The notes beneath the pieces are model-generated. The model saw nothing but the letters and a program-made list of their open reading frames with translations. It made no database searches and was not told the origin of the DNA. A stretch of DNA of 64,000 nucleotides from Cyanobacteria bacterium P01_F01_bin.150 (lineage in GTDB: Bacteria; Cyanobacteriota; Cyanobacteriia; CAKZMO01): positions 1-64,000 of the forward strand of contig JBCCYL010000031.1 of NCBI GenBank assembly GCA_039189765.1, in the 5' to 3' direction. Every line of letters starts with the position of its first letter. Position 1 is the first letter of the stretch. Below are positions 7,931-17,615 of this stretch, piece by piece. Both the position numbers and the translations under genes were made by a program.

Positions 7931-10465
7931 TCAAACAGTCAGTCCTGCATTCGATTGAGTATAGTCTTTTAGCTCAACCGAAACGGGCTTGACCTGCCAA
8001 ATTTGATTGGCATAGTCTTTAATGGAACGGTCAGAGGAAAAGGTGCCCATACGGGCCGTATTCAGAATCGACATGCGGATCCATTGTTCTGAGTCCGCGT
8101 AGGCTTGACTCACCTGCTCTTGGCAGTCGATATAGGCTTGATAGTCAGCCATCAGCAGATAGGGATCGGAATAGATAAGATTATCCACTAGCGGTCGGAA
8201 TAGTGCTGTATCGCCCCTAGAGAATACCCCAGATTCCAATTGACGGATGGCTTGTTGAAGTTCGGGATGGCGATCGCAGTACTCACGGGGATAGTAGCCT
8301 TGGCCCCTAAGCTGCTCCACTTCGTCTACCGTAAGCCCAAAGAGGAAGAAATTCTCAGCGCCCACCGCCTCGCGAATTTCCACGTTGGCTCCGTCCAGAG
8401 TGCCGATGGTCAGCGCTCCATTCATGGAGAATTTCATATTGCCCGTCCCCGATGCCTCTTTGCCTGCGGTTGATATCTGTTCAGACAGATCCGCAGCGGG
8501 ATAGACGGGCTGGCTATTGGTGACGTTGTAGTCGGGGAGAAAAACGACGTTGAGGCGATCGCCCACATCCGGATCCTGGTTTACGACCTCACCCACCGAG
8601 TTGATCAACTTAATCATCAGCTTTGCCATAACGTACCCTGGTGCCGCCTTGCCGCCAAAGATAAAGGTGCGCGGTACAATGTCGAGCTGGGGATTTTGTT
8701 TAAGCCGGTTGTACAAGGTAATAATATGCAGCACATTTAGGTGTTGGCGCTTATATTCATGGATGCGTTTAACCTGGATATCAAACAGGGAATGGGGATT
8801 AACCGTAATCCCCGTAAACTGGAGAATGCGCTGGGCCAATCGCTGTTTATTGGCAAGCTTGACCTGTCGCCAATCCTCTCGAAAGGCGGCATCATCTACA
8901 AACTCTTCAAGCTGTTGCAGGTCATCCAGGTGTTGAATCCAGCGATCGCCGATTTTGCTGATAATCAGATCCGCTAACTTGGGATTACTCAACACCATCC
9001 AGCGACGGGGAGTAACGCCATTCGTAACGTTAGTCAGCTTATGGGGCCACAGTTCGTGAAACTCCTTGAGCACCGTTGTTTTCAACAATTCGCTGTGGAT
9101 CGCCGCCACGCCATTAATGGCGTAACTGCCTACGGAGGCCAGGTTTGCCATGCGTACATACCGCTCTCCCGATTCATCAATTAGCGATAGCGCGGCCAAT
9201 TGTCCAGAACTATCGCCTGCCTTATCTGCAAATGCCTGGCGGACCTCATCTAAAAACCGATGGTTAATCTCATAAATAATCTCTAAATGCCGAGGCAGAA
9301 TCCGTCCAAATAAGGCAAGAGGCCATTTTTCTAACGCTTCTGGTAATAGGGTGTGATTTGTGTAAGCAAAGGTTTTATAGGTCACCTCCCAGGCGGTATC
9401 CCAAGCCATATGGTGCTCATCCACCAGCAATCGCATCAGTTCGGCCACCCCTACCGCAGGATGGGTATCATTAAGCTGGGCCGTAAACTTCTTGTGGAAG
9501 GTGTCCAGACTGCCTCCTTCGGCCAAATGAATTCGAATCATATCCTGAAGCGAACAGGAGACAAAAAAGTACTGCTGCTTGAGCCGTAATTCTTTCCCCT
9601 GGAGCTGTTCATCATTGGGGTAGAGCACTTTTGTAAGGTTCTCCGCTGCCGTCTTATCGTTGACCGCCCCATAATAATCGCCCTGGTTAAACCGTTGAAA
9701 GTTAAAGGAATCGCTGGCCTCCGCTTTCCACAATCGCAGCGTATTGGCCGTATTGACCCGATAGCCGACGATGGGGGTGTCGTAGGGGATGCCCTTGAGG
9801 GTGTACCCAGGCACCCAGCGCACTCGAGTCTTTTCGTTATCGTCATACTGTTCGGTATGGCCACCAAACATGACCTTTACGGCTGCATCCCCACGCAAAA
9901 TTTCCCAGGGATTGCCGTACTGGAGCCATCGGTCGGTAATTTCCACTTGCCAGCCATCGTGAATCTCCTGATCGAAAATTCCAAATTCGTAGCGAATGCC
10001 GTAGCCGATGGCCGGAATTTCCAGACTGGCCAGGGATTCCATATAGCAGGCGGCCAGGCGGCCAAGTCCGCCATTGCCCAGGCCCGGCTCTTCTTCTTGG
10101 GCCAGCAGTTCTTCTAGATTCAATCCCGATTCTTGCACCGCCTGCTTGACAGGGTCGTAAATATTCAGGTTGACCAAATTATTGCCCAGATGGGGACCGA
10201 GGAGAAATTCGGCAGATAGATAGCAGACGGCTCTAACATCGGAATGATGATAGGTTTGGGTGGTGGCAATCCAATGTTGGAGGAGGCGATCGCGCACCGT
10301 ATAGGCCAATGCCATGTAATAGTCATTGCGAGTGGCAATCCCTGGAAACTTACCCTGGACATAGAATAAATTATCCGCCAGTGCCCGTCTTAGGGTTTCA
10401 ACGCTGAGGCCAGTCCGATCATCTTCTACCTCTATGTAGATCGGACATTCATCAATAAGGGTCAT
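7931..10465 (-). CDS. glgP: glycogen/starch phosphorylase
   Basis: GLGNGGLGRLAAC, QLNDTHP, NGVTPRRW, QVKRIHEYKRQ, PLP-binding EASGTGNMKF. Confidence 0.97.
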   Translation of the reverse strand: MTLIDECPIYIEVEDDRTGLSVETLRRALADNLFYVQGKFPGIATRNDYYMALAYTVRDRLLQHWIATTQTYHHSDVRAVCYLSAEFLLGPHLGNNLVNLNIYDPVKQAVQESGLNLEELLAQEEEPGLGNGGLGRLAACYMESLASLEIPAIGYGIRYEFGIFDQEIHDGWQVEITDRWLQYGNPWEILRGDAAVKVMFGGHTEQYDDNEKTRVRWVPGYTLKGIPYDTPIVGYRVNTANTLRLWKAEASDSFNFQRFNQGDYYGAVNDKTAAENLTKVLYPNDEQLQGKELRLKQQYFFVSCSLQDMIRIHLAEGGSLDTFHKKFTAQLNDTHPAVGVAELMRLLVDEHHMAWDTAWEVTYKTFAYTNHTLLPEALEKWPLALFGRILPRHLEIIYEINHRFLDEVRQAFADKAGDSSGQLAALSLIDESGERYVRMANLASVGSYAINGVAAIHSELLKTTVLKEFHELWPHKLTNVTNGVTPRRWMVLSNPKLADLIISKIGDRWIQHLDDLQQLEEFVDDAAFREDWRQVKLANKQRLAQRILQFTGITVNPHSLFDIQVKRIHEYKRQHLNVLHIITLYNRLKQNPQLDIVPRTFIFGGKAAPGYVMAKLMIKLINSVGEVVNQDPDVGDRLNVVFLPDYNVTNSQPVYPAADLSEQISTAGKEASGTGNMKFSMNGALTIGTLDGANVEIREAVGAENFFLFGLTVDEVEQLRGQGYYPREYCDRHPELQQAIRQLESGVFSRGDTALFRPLVDNLIYSDPYLLMADYQAYIDCQEQVSQAYADSEQWIRMSILNTARMGTFSSDRSIKDYANQIWQVKPVSVELKDYTQSNAGLTV

Positions 10466-10523
10466 CCGTTATCCTCCCATGGTCAGTGTGCATTAACGCA
10501 TTTAATGTTGCAGCCAAAATTAA

Positions 10524-10544
10524 GGGGCGTATTCAATACGCCCC
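10524..10544. repeat. REP-like hairpin between xfp and glgP
   Basis: GGGGCGTATT-C-AATACGCCCC perfect 10-bp inverted repeat with no U-tract. Confidence 0.6.
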
Positions 10545-10566
10545 GATGTCTGTAGGCTAATTAACG

Positions 10567-12999
10567 TCAGTCGCAAGCATTCGGGTAGGGCCATTTCCAT
10601 TGGGTAATCTCATCTTGGTCTTTGCCGTGCTCATGGGCATAGGCCAAGGATTCGATAATCCTGTTTTTCATCCGCTCTTTGACATGGGCCGCAGCGGACC
10701 CCAAGGTAGGCACTCGGTCAATTACGTCAATCACTAGGTTAAATCGATCGACCTGGTTATTAATCGCCAACTCCAGCGGCGTATTGATATTGCCCTGCTC
10801 TTTGTACCCGCGCACATGGATACGGTCTTGATTAGAGCGACGATACACCAGCTTATGAATCAGCCAGGGATAGCCGTGGAAATTAAAGATAACGGGCTTA
10901 TCTGGGGTAAACAACGAGTCGAAATCCCGATCTGATAGTCCGTGGGGATGCTCGCCCTCAGACACCAGCTTAAACAAGTCCACTACATTGACAAACCGGA
11001 CTTTCAGTTGAGGACATTCTTCCCGCAAAATAGCCGTAGCCGCCAGCGCTTCCATGGTGGGAATATCGCCACAGCAAGCCATCACCACATCGGGAATATC
11101 CGGGTCTGTACCGCAGTCATCGTTGCTGGCCCAGTCCCAAATGCCAATGCCCTTGGTGCAGTGCTTAATTGCCTCGTCCATGGGTAGATACTGGAGATGC
11201 TTTTGCTTATCGGCAATAATCACGTTGATATAGTCCACGCTGCGGAAGCAGTGGTCCGCCACCGACAACAGACAGTTGGCATCTGGAGGAAAATAGACCC
11301 GCACCACGTCTGGACTTTTGTTAGTCACCAGGTCCACATAGCCTGGGTCCTGGTGGCTGAAGCCGTTATGATCCTGCCGCCAGACAAGGGAGGACAGCAG
11401 AATATTTAAGGACGACACCGATCGCCGCCAGGGCACATGGTTGCGACAGATATCCAGCCACTTGGCGTGCTGGTTAAACATGGAATCCACCACATGGGCA
11501 AAGGCTTCATAGGTATGGAACAAGCCATGGCGACCCGTCAGCAAGTAGGTTTCCAGCCAGCCCTGGAGGGTATGCTCACTCAGCATTTCCATCACCCGAC
11601 CATCACGGGCCAATTCGCCGCCGCCTTCATCTTCAGGGTACAGGTCTGCCATCCACACTTTTTTGGTGGCCTGATACACGTCCTGTAGACGGTTCGATGC
11701 GGTCTCATCCGGTCCCATTAAACGGAAATTATCGGGATTCATCCGAAAGATATCCCGCATCAACAGCCCCAGGACTTTGGTGTTTTCAAACTCCACCGTG
11801 CCAGGCTGATCCATCTCGATGGCAAAGTCCCGAAAGTCAGGAAGCTTTAGCGCCTTGCGCAGCAGACCCCCATTGGCGTGGGGATTGGCGCTCATGCGGC
11901 GATCTCCCTCTGGTGCCAGTGCCTTTAATTCTGGAATCAGCGTCCCATTACTATCAAATAGCGCCTCGGGCCGATAGCCTTTCATCCATTCTTCTAGCTT
12001 GACCAAGTGGTCCGCATTGCTGTGCATGCCCCCCATGGGAACCTGGTGGGCGCGCCAAAAGTCTTCCACCTTCTTGCCGTCCACTTCCTGGGGGCCAGTC
12101 CATCCTTTGGGGGTGCGGAGGATAATCACGGGCCAGCGGGGACGTTCGACCTTCCCCAACTCCCGTGTTTCTCTCTGTACGGCCCTGATGCGGAGAATGC
12201 ACTCTTCCATTACTGCCGCCATTTTCTGATGCATCTCTTCGGGATTGCGACCTTCCACAAAGTAGGGGGTATAGCCATAGCCCCGGAACAGGTACTCTAA
12301 TTCTTCGTGGGAAATTCGAGCCAGAATCGTCGGGTTAGCAATCTTATACCCGTTTAAATTCAGCACGGGCAATACCGCACCGTCGCGGGCAGGATTGATA
12401 AATTTATTGGAGTGCCATGCCGTCGCTAGCGGCCCCGTTTCTGCTTCTCCATCACCCACTACACAGGTGACAATCAAGTCGGGATTATCCAACACTGCCC
12501 CATAGGCATGGGAAACGCTGTAGCCCAGTTCGCCTCCCTCATGGATCGAGCCTGGAGTTTCTGGGGTAACGTGGCTACCGATAAAACCAGGGAAGGAAAA
12601 CTGCTTAAAAAATCGCTGCATTCCCTCTTCGTCTTCGCTTTTATCGGGATAGATTTCCGAGTAGGTGCCTTCTAGATAGACTGGACCCAAAACGCCAGGG
12701 GCACCGTGGCCGGGACCGGCCATAAAAATCATATCCAGGTCGTACTTTTTAATCAGACGGTTGCAGTGAATATAGGTAAAGCTTAGGGCGGGCGATGCGC
12801 CCCAGTGCCCGAGTAATCGATGCTTAACATGTTCTGCTTTGAGGGGTTCTTTGAGCAGGGGATTGTCTCGTAAATAAATCATCCCTACTGCTAAATAATT
12901 ACAGGCCCGCCAGTAGGCGTCAAGGTTGGCTAATTCATCGTTGGTTAAGGGACTTGATGTAGATGTGGGAATGGCTTGGGGTTGAAGCGATTGAACCAT
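10567..12999 (-). CDS. xfp: xylulose-5-P/fructose-6-P phosphoketolase
   Basis: [50 protein letters not shown]. Confidence 0.97.
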   Translation of the reverse strand: MVQSLQPQAIPTSTSSPLTNDELANLDAYWRACNYLAVGMIYLRDNPLLKEPLKAEHVKHRLLGHWGASPALSFTYIHCNRLIKKYDLDMIFMAGPGHGAPGVLGPVYLEGTYSEIYPDKSEDEEGMQRFFKQFSFPGFIGSHVTPETPGSIHEGGELGYSVSHAYGAVLDNPDLIVTCVVGDGEAETGPLATAWHSNKFINPARDGAVLPVLNLNGYKIANPTILARISHEELEYLFRGYGYTPYFVEGRNPEEMHQKMAAVMEECILRIRAVQRETRELGKVERPRWPVIILRTPKGWTGPQEVDGKKVEDFWRAHQVPMGGMHSNADHLVKLEEWMKGYRPEALFDSNGTLIPELKALAPEGDRRMSANPHANGGLLRKALKLPDFRDFAIEMDQPGTVEFENTKVLGLLMRDIFRMNPDNFRLMGPDETASNRLQDVYQATKKVWMADLYPEDEGGGELARDGRVMEMLSEHTLQGWLETYLLTGRHGLFHTYEAFAHVVDSMFNQHAKWLDICRNHVPWRRSVSSLNILLSSLVWRQDHNGFSHQDPGYVDLVTNKSPDVVRVYFPPDANCLLSVADHCFRSVDYINVIIADKQKHLQYLPMDEAIKHCTKGIGIWDWASNDDCGTDPDIPDVVMACCGDIPTMEALAATAILREECPQLKVRFVNVVDLFKLVSEGEHPHGLSDRDFDSLFTPDKPVIFNFHGYPWLIHKLVYRRSNQDRIHVRGYKEQGNINTPLELAINNQVDRFNLVIDVIDRVPTLGSAAAHVKERMKNRIIESLAYAHEHGKDQDEITQWKWPYPNACD

Positions 13000-13382
13000 G
13001 CTGTATTCCTCCTAGGGTAAAACCGAAGTGTATAAAGAATGGATCGAACTAAGATCGAACTAGTGAGAGTGGCTAGCTGTACATATCTCTAATGCTAGCT
13101 TACGCACCTGAGAATCGACAGATTCTGTTGTGTGGATTGTCAAGAAATATCTGTTAGCTTGCGTATCTTGGCGTTAACAGATTGGGCTACATAAATGGTA
13201 AAGGAATAAACTCAAATGATTTGTCGTCTGAAACACATCCTGGCAAGAGTTCTGGGTTAGGGCGATCGCCCAAGACATTTGTGCGTGTAATAACGACGAA
13301 CGCCAATACTGCAATCTACACGGCAGATTCAGAACCTGTTGGAGACCAAGCAACATAACGGGACAGAAAATTTTTATGAAAA

Positions 13383-13400
13383 TGAGACACTTTTGTCTTA
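13383..13400. promoter_or_regulatory. candidate TetR operator TGAGACA-N4-TGTCTTA
   Basis: Imperfect palindrome upstream of tetR; identical arms recur at 15029-15046. Confidence 0.65.
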
Positions 13401-13461
13401 TTTAAGCTATATTAGACCCATAAGGCAATCAGTCCTTCTCAACTCAATGTTCTGAGGATAG

Positions 13462-14043
13462 ATGCTTACTGCTGTCCGTTCTATTTGTCCTATGGCTAAC
13501 TCTGGTAAAAGCACTGCAAAGCAAACTCTACTGCAATCCGCAGTGGCGATTCTGGCCTACAATCCAGGTGCATCGCTCCAGGATATTGCGGCTCAAGCAG
13601 GGGTGGGTCGAGCAACCCTGTATCGTCACTTTTCCTCCCGTGAGGCATTGGTACGAGAACTGGCCATGGAAGCGATCGCCGCCATCGATCAAGTCACTAC
13701 CCAGGTTCGAGCGCAGGAGCTACCTGCAAAAGAAGCGCTATTGGCGTTTTTAGAAGGGGTGGTGCCGTTGGGCGATCGCTTTCACTTTTTGGGGTCAGAA
13801 TCATCTGTTTACACCGAGCCAGAAGTGTCAATGGCCTACAAACGCCAAATGCAAGAGTTGGATGACTTTGTCACCACCCTAAAAAAGGAGGGAGTCGTAG
13901 CCCCTGATATTCCTAATGCTTGGGTCTCCACTGCCATCGATATGCTGATTTGGGCGGGTTGGTCAGCGGTAGAGTCAGGAGATATTGCCCGGAATGACGC
14001 GGCAAAATTAGCCTATCGGACCTTAACCCAAGGGCTGTCCTAG
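13462..14043 (+). CDS. TetR/AcrR family regulator
   Basis: ASLQDIAAQAGVGRATLYRHFSSREAL HTH; real start may be 13492. Confidence 0.93.
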   Translation: MLTAVRSICPMANSGKSTAKQTLLQSAVAILAYNPGASLQDIAAQAGVGRATLYRHFSSREALVRELAMEAIAAIDQVTTQVRAQELPAKEALLAFLEGVVPLGDRFHFLGSESSVYTEPEVSMAYKRQMQELDDFVTTLKKEGVVAPDIPNAWVSTAIDMLIWAGWSAVESGDIARNDAAKLAYRTLTQGLS

Positions 14044-14083
14044 GCTGCGCACAACACACCATTCACACACAAGACGATGACAT

Positions 14084-14680
14084 TTACACCCAAGGAGGCT
14101 TCCTATGCAAACTGGGAAACAGAGAAGAGGTAATCATATCCCCTAAGCGATATTGTTGTTGGTTGTATATCCCATTTTGCAACTGACAAACCGTAAAGGT
14201 TGGTTGTTTAGGACTGCCAATAAACTGTAAACCACCCAATCCCCGAAAATCTATAATCCAATACTCTGAAACACCTAAAACTGCGTATTCTTCCACCTTT
14301 CTGGCATAGTCATCTTGCCAGTTTGTACTGACGACCTCAGCCACCAGCTTAATCGTATTGCTATTGCAAATAACGGGTTCAGTTTGCCAAAGCGGTTCTC
14401 GGCTTAGTTCTGCTTGATCCAAAACAATCACATCTGGACGCAGTGCCGTTGCTTCAGCATGTAGAGGTTTAATCAAACAGGTTTTGGGAATCAACCAATT
14501 ATGTTTAGCTTGAAAGATTTCGACATAGATTCTACCCGCAATATTTCCAGATACGGCTTCGTGAGGTCCCGTAGGTTCCATATCTCTGAGTTCTCCATCA
14601 ATTAACTCATAGCGGGCATTCTCCCCATATTGGGACAGAAACTCCTCAAAGCTCAGTGATGGGGATGAAGTATACGTCAT
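14084..14680 (-). CDS. Uma2 family endonuclease (extreme C-terminus possibly clipped)
   Basis: LSFEEFL..YELIDGEL, RPDVIVL, LVAEVVSTNWQDDY..K..EY..LGVSEYWIID. Confidence 0.9.
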   Translation of the reverse strand: MTYTSSPSLSFEEFLSQYGENARYELIDGELRDMEPTGPHEAVSGNIAGRIYVEIFQAKHNWLIPKTCLIKPLHAEATALRPDVIVLDQAELSREPLWQTEPVICNSNTIKLVAEVVSTNWQDDYARKVEEYAVLGVSEYWIIDFRGLGGLQFIGSPKQPTFTVCQLQNGIYNQQQYRLGDMITSSLFPSLHRKPPWV

Positions 14681-14770
14681 GTTTTTGGGTTAGACGAAGG
14701 CCTATCTATTTATATGTGCGTCCTGTCTATACATTAATGGATATCGGGAGATAAGGTTGCAGCGACGGAC

Positions 14771-14990
14771 CTGGTTGCCTGACAAAACTTGGCCACCTGG
14801 CAACTAGAAGTTGCGGCTATACAAACGAAGTCCACCTAATCCCTTTGGGATGGCCAGACCAACGTGGACTAGGGAGAATCAAGGGTTCCGGTAACCCGCG
14901 CAGGCGGGTTTTGTTTGTGTAGCCGCAGTTTCAACTGCCAGGATAATGAACGCAACATCAGGGGTTTCAGGACTTTTGTCCGTCGCCTAA
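14771..14990. mobile_element. MITE-like element, copy 1 (degenerate ends)
   Basis: Ends CTGGTTGCCTGACAAAA ... TTTTGTCCGTCGCCTAA; homologous to 47491-47685; flanks GCGACGGAC/TTGACGGAT resemble a decayed 9-bp duplication. Confidence 0.75.
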
Positions 14991-15028
14991 TTGACGGATA
15001 GAGGCGCACAAATTTTTTTGATCAAAAG

Positions 15029-15046
15029 TGAGACAAAAATGTCTTA
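15029..15046. promoter_or_regulatory. candidate TetR operator, second copy
   Basis: TGAGACA-AAAA-TGTCTTA, same arms and spacing as 13383-13400, about 90 bp before the ATG at 15139. Confidence 0.65.
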
Positions 15047-15138
15047 TATGAGTTATTTTTGATTTATTGAAGAGAGGCATTTATGGTTTTCCTTCAAATA
15101 CACATATTCAACTCAACGTCTTACATTGGTTATTTCTT

Positions 15139-15442
15139 ATGAAACCCATCACCTCTAAACCCAGGCATCTTCGCACTGTGGCCTATGCATCCGCAGCCAT
15201 CACGATCGCGATCGCCACTACCCTCATCTCCACCCACTACAGAACTCAGGCCCAATCATCTGCTGCTATGGCTTCAGTTCCTTCCTCCGGGGCGATCGCA
15301 CGTTTCCCAAAACAGGCCCAAGCCGCTCCTGACCTACTTTATCGAACCCATTACCCGCAAAGATAATCCCCTACTCTACTGGATCATTATGATTACCTGG
15401 GTAGCCTTCAGCGTGGTGATGTTTTTTCCCTCAGGCTCCTAA
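15139..15442 (+). pseudogene. fused remnants: N-terminus of an exported protein plus C-terminus of a membrane protein
   Basis: MKPITSKPRHLRTVAYASAAITIAIATTLIS...TQAQ signal-like start, then FIEPITRKDNPLLYWIIMITWVAFSVVMFF* in a different frame. Confidence 0.4.
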
Positions 15443-15523
15443 GCCTTCTTCTAATGTGATGGTCGGCGAAGTCTCCCTTCACGTTGGAAACTCAAAATGC
15501 ACACATAAGACAAGGACAACATT

Positions 15524-15976
15524 ATGGCGATCGCCTCAACAACACCCGTTTTACCCATCGAAGCCTACACCTCTCAAGAATGGTTTGACCGGGAACAATC
15601 GGAAATTTTCAGCAACACCTGGCAGTTTGCCGGATTTGTCGAAGATCTGGCTGACCCAGGGGACTATCTCACCGTCCAAGCCGGACTCAATAATATTGTG
15701 GTGGTGTTAGACAACAATAAGCAACTGCAAGACCTCAATCAGCTGGAGTACTTGGATTTATCCCAAACCCAGGTGATTGAGATGGCCCCATTGAAAGACT
15801 TCACTCAGCTAGAGGAATTGAATTTATCTCAAACGCAGGTGAGTGATATTGCACCGCTAAAACACTTAAGAAAACTCATCATTTTGACGGACGATAAGGA
15901 AAAGGCTAAGCGGTGGAAAGGAGAAGGATTGAAAGTCTCCATATCTGATGTGACAGACAATCGTTTAGCGAAATAG
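15524..15976 (+). pseudogene. chimeric ORF: Rieske oxygenase alpha-subunit N-terminus fused to LRR C-terminus
   Basis: LPIEAYTSQEWFDREQSEIFSNTWQFAG..EDLADPGDYLT (ring-hydroxylating oxygenase start, stopping before the CxH motif), then LEYLDLSQTQV..LEELNLSQTQVSDIAPL leucine-rich repeats. Confidence 0.75.
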
Positions 15977-16300
15977 GCAATATGTGCGCGGTACAAATAG
16001 ACTAAAGCCTCAAGTAAGTAAAGCTGTTAGTTCGTAATGAAAGGGACGGGGGCGATCGCCCTCCCAACACCTAGAGGTAAGAGCAAAGCAACAGCTCCTT
16101 GAGCGCTTAGTCAATTATTTAGGAGAGATCGCCACTATCTAAAATATTGTCAGTTTTACAACTCTAAAATTTGACAGGAGGTAAATGCCAACCAATCTGC
16201 TGCATTAATCAAGCTAGAGACATTTAAGGAGAAGTATCTGGTTTGATTACAAATATTTTCCCAAACGCTACAAATATAAAAATCGTTGAACAGGTTTTCT

Positions 16301-16579
16301 ATGAAAGCGATTGCAACTACTGGAACCATTGATACAGAGGGGCATCTTATCCTCGATCGTCCTCTCGACACTGCCTACGTTCAGCGCGTTCGCGTTATTG
16401 TCCTTATTCCAGAAGACGGAGAATCAGACAGTAGGTTATTGGAAAATAATCCAACCGATACTTTCTACACAGACTCAACAGAAACGGTTGTTGAGGGTAT
16501 TCAAGAGGGCTGGCAGCAAGCTCTCAATGGCGACGTACGTCCAGTCTCAGAGCTATGGAGTAGTTTGAATGCCGAATAA
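16301..16579 (+). CDS. RelN-like antitoxin (cyanobacterial type II TA), apparently orphan
   Basis: MKAIATTGTIDTEGHLILDRPL...RVRVIVLIPE...EGIQEGWQQALNG..RPVSELW; the overlapping downstream ATG (16569) opens only 14 codons. Confidence 0.6.
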   Translation: MKAIATTGTIDTEGHLILDRPLDTAYVQRVRVIVLIPEDGESDSRLLENNPTDTFYTDSTETVVEGIQEGWQQALNGDVRPVSELWSSLNAE

Positions 16580-16725
16580 CCCCAAATTACCCACTTCTTT
16601 AACCACGGATTGAATAACAGGATATGTCTGGTGGGGGCGATTGCCTCCCCAAAAACACCAGCAAGCGATCGCCATTCGCAGGTACGATACGATGCAACAA
16701 CAGAGTAAGCAAACGAGGTAAGGGA

Positions 16726-17478
16726 ATGAAGTCCCATCCCAATGTGTATGACACCATCGGTGAAAAATATCGCAATCATCGCATTCCCGATCCTCGCATT
16801 GCAGAGCAGATTACGGCAGCATTAGGCAATGCCCAAACGATCTGCAATATTGGGGCTGGAGCCGGATCCTACGAGCCAACCGATCGCAACTTGGTGGCAG
16901 TGGAACCCTCCCAAAAGATGATTGACCAGCGATGTTCCCCCTATCCAGTGATCCAGGCAACCGCCGAAGAGCTGCCGTTTGCAGATAACCAATTCGATGT
17001 TGCGATGGCCCTGTTGACCATTCATCATTGGACCAATCCTATGAAAGGATTGCAGGAAATGCGGCGGGTGTCCCGCAAACAAATTGTGTTTGCCTTTGAT
17101 TCAAATATGACGGATTCTTTATGGTTAGTGCGGGACTATTTGCCTGAGATTAAGGGGCTAGAGCCGCAGCGGGGTATTTCTCTGCAAGCGATCGCTGAGG
17201 CGATCGCTTGCAGCATCGTCACTCCTGTGCCCATTCCATGGGACTGTTCGGATGGATTTCAGGCTGCTTATTGGCGACGTCCAGAAGAGTACCTCAAGCC
17301 TGCGGTCCGAGCCTCCATATCGTCCATGGCTCAGCTCCCTGAACGTAACGTATCCCGTGCAATGGCTCAACTCGCTCAAGATCTGCAAACTGGGGAATGG
17401 GCAAAGCGCTATGCTGAAATATTGACGGTGGATGAAATGGATTTTGGATATCGCTTAATCGTGACAGCGCACTGGTAG
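16726..17478 (+). CDS. class I SAM-dependent methyltransferase
   Basis: NIGAGAGSY, VAVEPS..M, AEELPFADNQFD, TIHHW; ATG at 16726 after AGGGA. Confidence 0.9.
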   Translation: MKSHPNVYDTIGEKYRNHRIPDPRIAEQITAALGNAQTICNIGAGAGSYEPTDRNLVAVEPSQKMIDQRCSPYPVIQATAEELPFADNQFDVAMALLTIHHWTNPMKGLQEMRRVSRKQIVFAFDSNMTDSLWLVRDYLPEIKGLEPQRGISLQAIAEAIACSIVTPVPIPWDCSDGFQAAYWRRPEEYLKPAVRASISSMAQLPERNVSRAMAQLAQDLQTGEWAKRYAEILTVDEMDFGYRLIVTAHW

Positions 17479-17523
17479 GTTTGGATCAATTTAGGACTGA
17501 CGCAACAATCAACGCTTTTTTGA

Positions 17524-17590
17524 ATTGGCAATATCTTGCATCCAAGCAATTGGGCCGCTCGCTGGGTACAGTACTGGTGGCTAATGCCGT
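17524..17590 (-). pseudogene. ~65-bp fragment of an ackA-like gene
   Basis: Encodes GISHQYCTQRAAQLLG, the same peptide as ackA at ~7312-7361, differing by synonymous changes. Confidence 0.75.
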
Positions 17591-17615
17591 CCTTAGAACA
17601 TCAATTTAAATACAT

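Noticed and set aside
13174..13356. Short ORFs upstream of tetR on either strand
   Set aside because: No recognisable motif or convincing start; they cannot be supported
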